64,000 nt of DNA from Actinomycetota bacterium (GTDB lineage Bacteria; Actinomycetota; Geothermincolia; Geothermincolales; RBG-13-55-18), in assembly GCA_014360685.1 (NCBI GenBank), contig JACIXB010000006.1, positions 31,078-95,077 on the forward strand, written 5' to 3'. Positions within the stretch are counted from its first letter, which is position 1. The number at the start of each line of letters is the position of its first letter. The position numbers and the translations under genes are program-made. This document shows, in pieces, positions 56,931-64,000 of this stretch. The notes below the pieces were generated by a model that worked only from the letters and a program-made list of their open reading frames with translations, was not told the origin of the DNA and did no database searches.

Positions 56931-58087
56931 ATCCCTTCCTCGCCTAGTTCTTCCCTTTCCGTTTCCCTTGCGCCCTCCCCAGCGTCCGGCATACCCTCTT
57001 CCTTGTCCAGCTCTTCCGCCAACCTGGCGGCCTCGCGCAGCAGTACTTCCAGGAGCTCCTCCTTGGGATACCACGCCACCGGCTCTCCCTTGCGGAAGAG
57101 CAGTCCCCTCTCCCGGCCTCCGGCCACCCCCAGGTCAGCCTCCCGGGCTTCTCCCGGGCCATTGACCGAACAACCCATGACCGCGATGCGCAGGGGGGCG
57201 CGCATGTCCTGCAGCCTCCTCTCCAGCTCGCCGGCTATACCGGCCACGTCTATGCGGCACCTGGCGCAGGTGGGACAGGCCACGATGTCCGGGCCCCGCC
57301 TTGTCAGCTCCAGGGCTTTGAGGATGGCCAGGCCCACCCTTACCTCCTCCACCGGGTCGCCGGCCAGGGAGACCCGGATGGTATCCCCTATCCCTTCCGC
57401 CAGCAGGGCGCCGATGCCCACCGCCGAACGAATGCTGCCGGACCAAGGGGGTCCCGCCTCGCTGACCCCCAGGTGCAGTGGGTAGTCCACCGCCTCGGAA
57501 AGCATGCGGTAAGCGCTGATGGTCAGCGGGACCGAGGAGGCTTTCACGGACACCTTTATATCATAAAACCCGCACCTTTCCAGGGTTTCTATCTCCCGGA
57601 GGGCGCTCTCCACCAAGGCCTCCGCGGTGGGATGGCCGTGCCGCTCCAGCACGTCGCGGGGCAGGGATCCGGCGTTCACCCCCACCCGGATGGGCACTCC
57701 CCTCTCCCCCGCCGCCAGCGCCACCTCCCTGACCTTCTCCTCTCCCCCGATGTTTCCCGGGTTGATGCGCAGGCCGTGCACCCCCGCCTCCAGGGCCAGC
57801 AGGGCCAGGCGGTGGTCGAAATGGACATCGGCGACCACCGGGATGGGGGAGTCCTCGACTATCCGCCGCAGGGAATCCCGGAGGAGCTCCCGTGCTTGCC
57901 CCTTGAGGGCGGGTACTGCCACCCGCACGATCTGGCAACCCGCACGGTGCAGGCGCCATATCTGGCCCAGGGTGGCCTCGACATCCTCCGTGGGGGTGTT
58001 GGTCATGGACTGCACGCTCACCGGGGCACCCCCGCCCACCGGGACGTCCCCGATCATCAAGCGCCGGGTCAGCTTACGCACGCTCAT
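56927..58087 (-). CDS. ispG: 4-hydroxy-3-methylbut-2-en-1-yl diphosphate synthase
   Basis: VSVQSMTNT, ACPTCARC and GCSVNGPGE motifs. The ATG at 58087 overlaps the rseP stop (ATGA). The maximal ORF reaches 58483. Confidence 0.95.
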   Translation of the reverse strand: MSVRKLTRRLMIGDVPVGGGAPVSVQSMTNTPTEDVEATLGQIWRLHRAGCQIVRVAVPALKGQARELLRDSLRRIVEDSPIPVVADVHFDHRLALLALEAGVHGLRINPGNIGGEEKVREVALAAGERGVPIRVGVNAGSLPRDVLERHGHPTAEALVESALREIETLERCGFYDIKVSVKASSVPLTISAYRMLSEAVDYPLHLGVSEAGPPWSGSIRSAVGIGALLAEGIGDTIRVSLAGDPVEEVRVGLAILKALELTRRGPDIVACPTCARCRIDVAGIAGELERRLQDMRAPLRIAVMGCSVNGPGEAREADLGVAGGRERGLLFRKGEPVAWYPKEELLEVLLREAARLAEELDKEEGMPDAGEGARETEREELGEEGI

Positions 58088-59181
58088 GGCAGGGAAACGG
58101 GGTTGGTGATGTCCAGGCGCAGGGTGAGCAGGAAGAGGACGGCGAAAAAGGCCAGTACCGCCGCGGCCACGGGATAGAGTTTCCGCAAATCCACTTCCTT
58201 TCCGGTAATTTTTTCCAGTAAGAGGATGAGGATGTGTCCCCCGTCCAGGGGCGGCAGGGGGAGCAGGTTGATATAGGCCAGGAAGAGGAGAATGAAGGCG
58301 ATGAAGTTCAGGAAGTAGTACATCCCCTCTCCGGCCAGTTCCCCAGCTACTCTGGTGATGCCCACTACGGTCATGGGCCGGTCCTCGGTGGGACGCGAAA
58401 TGCCCAGGAGCTGCTTGAAGGTGGAGAGGTTGAATACCCGGTATATGCTGTAGAAGACGCCCGCCGAGTAGGCAAGATACCACCTGCCGGTCTCGCCCAG
58501 GGAAGCGAGGAGGGAATAATGTTCCTCGCCCACGGAGGGGCTTATGCCCAGGAACCCCCGACCCCCGGGAAGCTCGGCCAGCTTCACCTCGAGGGTGCGG
58601 GTTTGTCCCTCCCTCAGGACCACCACCTCAACCTCCTCGCCGGGATGGGCGATGATGAAATCGCGCACCTCCTCCCAGTCGCGGGTTTCCCTTCCCCCCA
58701 TGGAGAGGATGGTATCCCCGGGCTCCAGGCCGGCCTTATGCGCGGGGGTCTCTTCCCCGGTCTCCTCTATATACTCGCCCACCGACCCTATGGTGTTGGT
58801 GAGCACCGGCACCCCTATGAGCCAGATGACCAGGAAGGCGATGAGCAGGGCCAGGAAGATGTGGACCAGGGAACCGGAGATGATGATCCAGAACCGCCGC
58901 CACCGGGAAACCCCCTTGTAGGAATGGGGCCAGTCCTCGGGGGTCACCTCCTCCTCCGGGTTCATCCCCAGGATCTTCACGTACCCGCCCACCAGGATCC
59001 ACTTTATCCCGTATTCCGTGCCTCCCCTCCGGGTACTCCATATGCGGGGGCCGAAACCGATGAAGAACTCCGTGGCCCTCACCCCCACCATCCGGGCGGC
59101 CAGGAAATGCCCCAGTTCGTGGGTGAGCACCAGGAAGATCACCACTCCCAGGGCGCCCAGGACGTAGAACACGGCGCTCAT
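58084..59181 (-). CDS. rseP: Site-2 protease RseP/Rip1 (M50)
   Basis: HELGHFLAA zinc motif, PDZ domain and NLLPLPPLDGG. Confidence 0.9.
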   Translation of the reverse strand: MSAVFYVLGALGVVIFLVLTHELGHFLAARMVGVRATEFFIGFGPRIWSTRRGGTEYGIKWILVGGYVKILGMNPEEEVTPEDWPHSYKGVSRWRRFWIIISGSLVHIFLALLIAFLVIWLIGVPVLTNTIGSVGEYIEETGEETPAHKAGLEPGDTILSMGGRETRDWEEVRDFIIAHPGEEVEVVVLREGQTRTLEVKLAELPGGRGFLGISPSVGEEHYSLLASLGETGRWYLAYSAGVFYSIYRVFNLSTFKQLLGISRPTEDRPMTVVGITRVAGELAGEGMYYFLNFIAFILLFLAYINLLPLPPLDGGHILILLLEKITGKEVDLRKLYPVAAAVLAFFAVLFLLTLRLDITNPVSLP

Positions 59182-59187
59182 AAACCC

Positions 59188-60363
59188 TCACCCGGCCTTC
59201 ATTCTCACCGCATCCTCCGCCCGCTCGCGAGCCCACTCCTCCGCTTCCTGCACGTCCCGCAGGTCGCATACCGGGCGGGGGTTGTGTTCCTCCAGGACGT
59301 TCGCAATGACCTCCTCTATACCCAGGAAGGGAAGTTTTCCATGAAGGAAGGCGTCCACCGCCACCTCGTTGGCGGCGTTGAGGACCGCGGGGGCCGTGCC
59401 TCCCGCCTCGCCCGCCCGGTAAGCCAGGTCCAGGCAAGCGAAGGCCTCCCGGTCCACCTCCTCGAAGGTAAGCCTCTCCAGTTCGGGGAGCACGGTCCTG
59501 GTGAAGGGCGGGCCCCACCTCTCCGGGTAGGAGAGGGCCAGGGATATGGGCAGGCGCATGTCCGGCAGGCTGAGCTGCGCGGCGAAGGATCCGTCCACGA
59601 ACTCCACCAGCGAGTGGATGACGCTCTGGGGATGGATGACCACCTTGATCCTCGAGTAGGGGAGCCCGAAAAGAAAGTGGGCCTCGATGACCTCCAGCCC
59701 CTTGTTCATCAGGGTGGCCGAATCCACGGTTATCTTGCGCCCCATGCTCCAAGTGGGGTGAGCCAGCGCCTCGCGCACCGTGACCGAGGCCAATTCCTCA
59801 CGCCGGCGCCCGCGGAAGGGCCCCCCCGATGCGGTGAGCACGACGCTTTCCACGAACCGCATCTCCTCCCCGCGCAGGCAGTGGAAGACCGCCCCGTGCT
59901 CGGAGTCCACGGGGATGATCTCCCCTCCCTCCCGCAGCGCCCGCAGGACCAGTTCCCCCCCGGCCACCATGCTCTCCTTGTTGGCCAGGGCCAGGCGCTT
60001 CCCCGCCCCCAGGGCGGCCAGGGTAGGCGGAAGGCCAGCCGATCCCACCACCGCGTTGAGGACTATGTGCGCATCGGGATGGAGGGCCGCCTCCAGGAGG
60101 CTTTCCGGCCCCCTGCTCACCCGGATCCCCGTCCCCTGCAGGCGCCGCCGCAGCTCCCTCGCCGAGGGCTCGTCGACCATCCCCACCATCAGGGGGCGGA
60201 AGCGCAGCGCTTGCTCCTCCAGGAGGCGGTGATTGCGGTGCGCGGTGAGGGCCACCACGCGCAGTCGGTCGGCGTGGGCCTCCACCACCTCGAGGGCCTG
60301 GGTGCCTATGGAACCCGTGGATCCCAGGATGGCCACGCCCCGCTTTTCGCCTTTCCCGTCCAT
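59188..60363 (-). CDS. dxr: 1-deoxy-D-xylulose 5-phosphate reductoisomerase
   Basis: VAILGSTGSIGTQAL NADPH motif. The ATG at 60363 gives 391 aa. The maximal ORF reaches 60489. Confidence 0.95.
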   Translation of the reverse strand: MDGKGEKRGVAILGSTGSIGTQALEVVEAHADRLRVVALTAHRNHRLLEEQALRFRPLMVGMVDEPSARELRRRLQGTGIRVSRGPESLLEAALHPDAHIVLNAVVGSAGLPPTLAALGAGKRLALANKESMVAGGELVLRALREGGEIIPVDSEHGAVFHCLRGEEMRFVESVVLTASGGPFRGRRREELASVTVREALAHPTWSMGRKITVDSATLMNKGLEVIEAHFLFGLPYSRIKVVIHPQSVIHSLVEFVDGSFAAQLSLPDMRLPISLALSYPERWGPPFTRTVLPELERLTFEEVDREAFACLDLAYRAGEAGGTAPAVLNAANEVAVDAFLHGKLPFLGIEEVIANVLEEHNPRPVCDLRDVQEAEEWARERAEDAVRMKAG

Positions 60364-60369
60364 AGGAAC

Positions 60370-60375
60370 ATTATA
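60370..60375 (-). promoter_or_regulatory. Candidate -10 box TATAAT 6 nt upstream of the dxr ATG (possible leaderless transcript)
   Basis: The minus strand reads CCCTTATAATGTTCCTATG. There is no SD between the box and the ATG. Confidence 0.3.
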
Positions 60376-60526
60376 AGGGTTGGCGGGGCGCTCGCGTCGC
60401 CGCCCCACGCAATCCCGGGCCAAGGAAACAGAAGGTAGCCTCGTGGAATACATGGTGCGGCCCGGAGGGTTGGCTTGGAGCCGCTCCAATAGCGCGTCAG
60501 GTCCTGAATACCGGCGACGCAGGGTT

Positions 60527-60901
60527 TCAAGGGTTGATCTTGAAGGCCACGGCGTTGGATTTTCCCACCCCGGTCACGACGTAAAGATTCACCATCCCGG
60601 AAGTTCCACGCGGCACCCGGCAACGGATCTCCTTGTCCGTCCACCCAAGATGGTTTACCGCCGCCGTATTCCCAAAATAAACCAGGGAGCTTCCCCGGGC
60701 GGCCCCGAAGCCCCTGCCGGCGAGGGCCACCGTCGTGCCCGCCGTTCCCTCCGCCGGATTCACGGACCTCACGAAGGGAAGGGGAGGAACGCTCTTGAGC
60801 GCCCGCAGAGCGTTCAGCCTGCGGCGCGCCGTTGGAGTTGGTGATGAAACATAGATCGTCGGCATAGTACTTCCATATCGTGCCGTTGAACTTCCATTCA
60901 C
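60527..60901 (-). pseudogene. IPT/TIG-domain fragment (C-terminal piece of a disrupted cell-surface protein)
   Basis: VNPAEGTAGTTVALAGRGFG...IRCRVPRGTSGMVNLYVVTGVGKSN is an IPT/TIG fold signature. There is no signal peptide, and the N-terminal 40 aa look non-coding. Confidence 0.45.
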
Positions 60902-60923
60902 CTCCTTCGCAGTAGCAATCCCC

Positions 60924-61330
60924 TTAACCCCATAGATCGTAAAGGTGGTAATAACGGCTGGGGTGTTGCCGGGAGGTACGTATTACCAGGTAGGAGGGTG
61001 CGCCATCCGCCGCCTTCACGGGCTTGTTGAGGGGCTTGTGATAGAGGTCCTCGTAGCTTGAGGACACCTCCACGGGGCTCACCGCCATGCGGGCCAGGTC
61101 CACGCCGTCGAGTGACTTTCTCACAGAGACCATGACGTTGGCGGTGAGATAACCGTGCTTCCCGAGGATTATCCCCACATGCGTGAGGTATTGCTCAGTG
61201 CCCCTATTTTCGCTCTATCAACTTCCTTCAACCCTTCCAGACTCAAATGTGCCGGAAAGGTTTTCTCAAGGCCCTTCATCCGAAATCCGTCCAGTCCGGC
61301 GTATGGAAGGTGGTCCCCGAGAGCTGCTTC
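60924..61330 (-). pseudogene. NlpC/P60-like hydrolase fragments in two frames (frameshifted; catalytic Cys motif lost)
   Basis: Frame A reads YAGLDGFRMKGLEKTFPAHLS (compare G-x-DCSGF...LPRTS). Frame B reads EQYLTHVGIILGKHGYLTAN (compare HVGIYLGNG...HA). The frame break is near 61180-61200. Confidence 0.35.
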
Positions 61331-61705
61331 TAAGCCGGCCTTGGGTGGCAGCCCTGGCCGCAAGGATGGCCGTGATTCGTCTTTTATAAATCCGCGTTTG
61401 CCTTCCAACCTTTGATCCCGATCCGGTTTTCCGCAGGAAGCCCTTCTTCCGCATCGGGAGTTGGAACTCAATCCACAAATGTGCCCACCATCCCTGATCT
61501 GATCCCGGAGCTCGGGGTTCGAGCCCGCATCGGAGGATGCAACTCCACCCGGTAATGTGCCTGATGTCACTTAACCAAGGGGAATCGGGGCGGATGGCAG
61601 GAAACCGCAGCGGCGAGCAACATGGAGTGAAAGCCGCCTCACGCTTCCCGGTCGTCGAGCCGGGCGATTCCTTCGCCTCCGGCCGAGTCCAGATCCCGAA
61701 GGCCA

Positions 61706-61802
61706 GGGTTTCAGTCGCCCTGCCCGCGCCGCACATACTCCATGACCACGTGAACGGCGCCCAGGAAGGTCACCGGCCACATGTAGAGGTGCGGATCTGC
61801 GG
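61706..61802 (-). pseudogene. 97-bp remnant of an acyl-CoA synthetase paralog with an internal deletion
   Basis: 61706-61747 is about 83% identical to the 3' end of the neighbouring ACS gene (62737-62778, including the stop). 61741-61802 is about 80% identical to its internal segment 63571-63632. The junction falls in the shared CAT(G/T)ACC. It translates as ADPHLYMWPVTFLGAVHVVMEYVRRGQGD*. Confidence 0.65.
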
Positions 61803-61804
61803 GG

Positions 61805-62623
61805 TTAAGAGGGGTCCCATTTCCTTCCCACCGTGGTCTCCGAGGAGGTAGCGATACCCATGAGCCGGTTGAAGAGGTCCAAGACCGGGATGGGGGCGAG
61901 CGCCTTCACCAGGGGGATGAGATAGACCGAGGCGGGCACCCCGATGAAGGAACGGTTTTTCTTTATGCCTTCCACGATCTTCGCCGTAACCTCATCGGGA
62001 GCGAGGAGGCGGGTGCCCCTGACCGGCCGCGCCCCCTCGAACATCCCCGTGGCCACGGTGTTGGGGCAGACGTAGGTGAACCTGATGTTCCCGAGATCCC
62101 TCAGCTTGAACTCCTGGCGCAGGGCTTCGGTGAGCCCCACCACCGCGAACTTGGTGGCGCAGTAATCGGTGATGTAGGGCACTCCCAGCAGACCCCCGGC
62201 GGAGGCCATATTCACCACGTGTCCGGCCCGCTTGGCCACCATATCCGGGAGGAAGGCCTTCATGGTCCAGAAATAGGCCAGAAGGTTCACGGCCACGGTG
62301 CGCTCTATGGAGTCGTCCGGCTTCTCCAGGAACGGGTCGGACCTGACGATTCCGGCGTTGTTGACCAGGATGTCCACCGGTCCCAGTTCCTCGTGAACCA
62401 AACCGGCGAGATCGTACACCTTGTCCCTCCGGGAGACATCGCAGACGAAAGCGGCCACCCTTCCCAGGGAGGAGAGCTCCTCCCCGGCCTCCTCAAGTTC
62501 CCTCTCCCTGATGTCCACCATGCCCACCCGGCACCCCTCCCGGAGGAGTAGGCCGGTCAGGGACCTCCCCATACCCAGGGCCGCACCGGTGACTACGGCG
62601 ACCTTGCCTCTCAACTCGGTCAT
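61805..62623 (-). CDS. Short-chain dehydrogenase/reductase (SDR)
   Basis: GKVAVVTGAALGMG (TGxxxGxG) and YCATKFAV (YxxxK) motifs. The ATG at 62623 lies 6 nt after a GGGGAGGG SD. The maximal ORF starts at 62674. Confidence 0.85.
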   Translation of the reverse strand: MTELRGKVAVVTGAALGMGRSLTGLLLREGCRVGMVDIRERELEEAGEELSSLGRVAAFVCDVSRRDKVYDLAGLVHEELGPVDILVNNAGIVRSDPFLEKPDDSIERTVAVNLLAYFWTMKAFLPDMVAKRAGHVVNMASAGGLLGVPYITDYCATKFAVVGLTEALRQEFKLRDLGNIRFTYVCPNTVATGMFEGARPVRGTRLLAPDEVTAKIVEGIKKNRSFIGVPASVYLIPLVKALAPIPVLDLFNRLMGIATSSETTVGRKWDPS

Positions 62624-62741
62624 GACCATCCCTCCCCGATCCTCCCCGTGCGTTCCCTTCTCGTCCAAAATCATCCCCCCGACCGGCGGCCTCCTTCACC
62701 CGGCGGCACGGCCGGAAAACCCCCGATGCGCCCGTGGGGTT

Positions 62742-64000
62742 TCAGCCGGCCTGCCCGCGAAGCACGTATTTCATGACCTTGCCGGAGGGGTTGCGGGGAA
62801 GGGCTTCCACGAACTGCCATAGGCGGGGTATCTTGAAGTCGCCCAGCTTCCCCGCGCAGAACCCGCGAAGCTCCTCCGGGGTGGCCTCCGTCTCCGGCTT
62901 GAGGACCACAAAGGCCTTGACCGTCTCCCCGTATATCTCGTGGGGTACCCCCACCACGGCCACGTCGGCCACCTTGGGATGGGTGAGGAGGACGTTCTCG
63001 ATCTCCCGCGGGTAGATGTTCTCCCCCCCGGAGATGATCATGTCCTTCTTGCGGTCCACCAGGGTCACGTATCCCTCCTCGTCCACCACCGCGAGGTCCC
63101 CGGTCCGCACCCAGCCGTCCGGGGTGAGGGTCTCCGCCGTGGCTTCGGGGTTCTTGTAGTAGTAGAGCATGTTGCTCTCGCAGCGCACCAGCCATTCGCC
63201 CACCTCGCCCACGGCCACGTCCTCTCCCCGTTCGTTCACCACCCGGGATTCGCAATTGACCACGGGGAGGCCCCCGGCGCCCGCTTTGCGCACCTGGTCC
63301 TCCGGGCGCAGGCGCACGCCGCCCGGCCCTCCCTCGGTCAGCCCGCAGAGACAGAAGAAACGGTCGGTCTTGAACATCTCGATGGCCTTGAGCACCTGCT
63401 CCCGGGACATGGGGGCTGCTCCGTAGGCCCAGTAGCGGACGGAGCTAAGGTCGTACTTCCCGAAGTCCGGCACCTGCATCATCAAAAGATACATGGCCGG
63501 CGCCCCAAAGAAGAGGGTCACGCGCTCCCGCTCTATGGTCTGCAGGGTCTGCTCGGGGATGAAGAACTTCATTACCACGTGGGTGGCGCCCAGGAAAGTC
63601 CCCGGCCACAGGTAGAGATGCAGCTCAGCGGAGTGGAAGAGGGGCGCCACGTGGAGTATCCTGTCCTTCTCGTTCATACCCAGCTCGGACATCATGGCCA
63701 TCCCTATCATCAGGTGGCAGTAATGGTTGAAAACCGCCCCCTTGGGCTTCCCGGTGGTGCCAGAGGTGTAGATGATGGCCGACTCGTCGAAGAGGTTGAT
63801 GTCCACCTGGGGCTCGGAGGAGTCCCCTCCCGCGGCTATATCCGGAAAATAGAGGAAATCCTCCTCCCTTTCCCCGTCCAGGAGTATCCAGTCCTTCACC
63901 GCGGGGAGCCGGTCGCGTATCTCCCGCGCCAGGGGTATGAACTCGGATCCCAGAAGGCAGGCCACCGCATCGCAGTTGTCCAGGATGTACTCCACTTCGG
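62742..64000 (-). CDS. AMP-dependent acyl-CoA synthetase/ligase (5' end beyond the window)
   Basis: AMP-binding motif IIYTSGTTGKPKGA, plus GWVRTGDL and PRNPSGKVMK. The listed start (MEYILDN) is internal to the family, so the CDS runs off the window edge. Confidence 0.9.
   Translation of the reverse strand, partial: EVEYILDNCDAVACLLGSEFIPLAREIRDRLPAVKDWILLDGEREEDFLYFPDIAAGGDSSEPQVDINLFDESAIIYTSGTTGKPKGAVFNHYCHLMIGMAMMSELGMNEKDRILHVAPLFHSAELHLYLWPGTFLGATHVVMKFFIPEQTLQTIERERVTLFFGAPAMYLLMMQVPDFGKYDLSSVRYWAYGAAPMSREQVLKAIEMFKTDRFFCLCGLTEGGPGGVRLRPEDQVRKAGAGGLPVVNCESRVVNERGEDVAVGEVGEWLVRCESNMLYYYKNPEATAETLTPDGWVRTGDLAVVDEEGYVTLVDRKKDMIISGGENIYPREIENVLLTHPKVADVAVVGVPHEIYGETVKAFVVLKPETEATPEELRGFCAGKLGDFKIPRLWQFVEALPRNPSGKVMKYVLRGQAG

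Noticed and set aside
61514-61528. GGGGTTCGAGCCCGC, a tRNA T-arm-like sequence, together with a 12-nt direct repeat CCGCATCGG(G)AG at about 61449 and about 61524. I considered a tRNA remnant or att site.
   Set aside because: No acceptor, D or anticodon arms could be folded around it. The T-stem pairs only 4 bp. No integrase is nearby.

Overview
High-GC chromosomal segment in which all confident genes except one lie on the minus strand. All calls rest on motif recognition in the supplied ORF translations; no searches or computations were run.

The backbone is housekeeping. Its order matches, from memory, the Mycobacterium tuberculosis Rv2552c-Rv2612c region: pgsA-acyltransferase-pimA, pdxS-pdxT-yebC-ruvCAB, yajC-secDF-relA, MBL-hisS, aspS, alaS-ruvX-mltG-aroE. 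It also carries a dxr-rseP-ispG-proS block and a queH-queA-tgt block. The phosphatidylinositol-mannoside cluster and this synteny suggest an Actinomycetota-like organism.

Three parts are not backbone:
1. About 6.3-15.3 kb: a roughly 9-kb block sits between mltG and aroE. It encodes a V4R-domain protein, a [NiFe]-hydrogenase-like small/large subunit pair whose active-site motifs are altered, a 2x[4Fe-4S] ferredoxin, three tandem Roadblock/LC7 proteins, a 1137-aa PATAN(DUF4388) protein with a long acidic repeat region, and an MglA/CvnD-like small GTPase. It runs co-directionally into aroE-pilB-pilT, an ABC-2 transporter and a TPR protein. This is my best candidate for an undescribed system: a redox-linked GTPase switch coupled to type IV pilus motor ATPases.
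2. About 44.2-47.5 kb: a decayed, more A/T-rich patch. It holds a fossil SNF2 helicase, the only plus-strand CDS (possibly VanZ-like), a CRISPR-like 38/37/38-nt repeat pair and about 1 kb without confident genes.
3. About 60.5-61.8 kb: an NlpC/P60-IPT pseudogene and a 97-bp remnant of an acyl-CoA synthetase paralog.

Several conserved operons are split by long spacers that are purine-rich on the coding strand, for example 600 bp between ruvA and ruvB. No rRNA, no convincing tRNA, no intact mobile element and no bona fide CRISPR-cas locus were seen.
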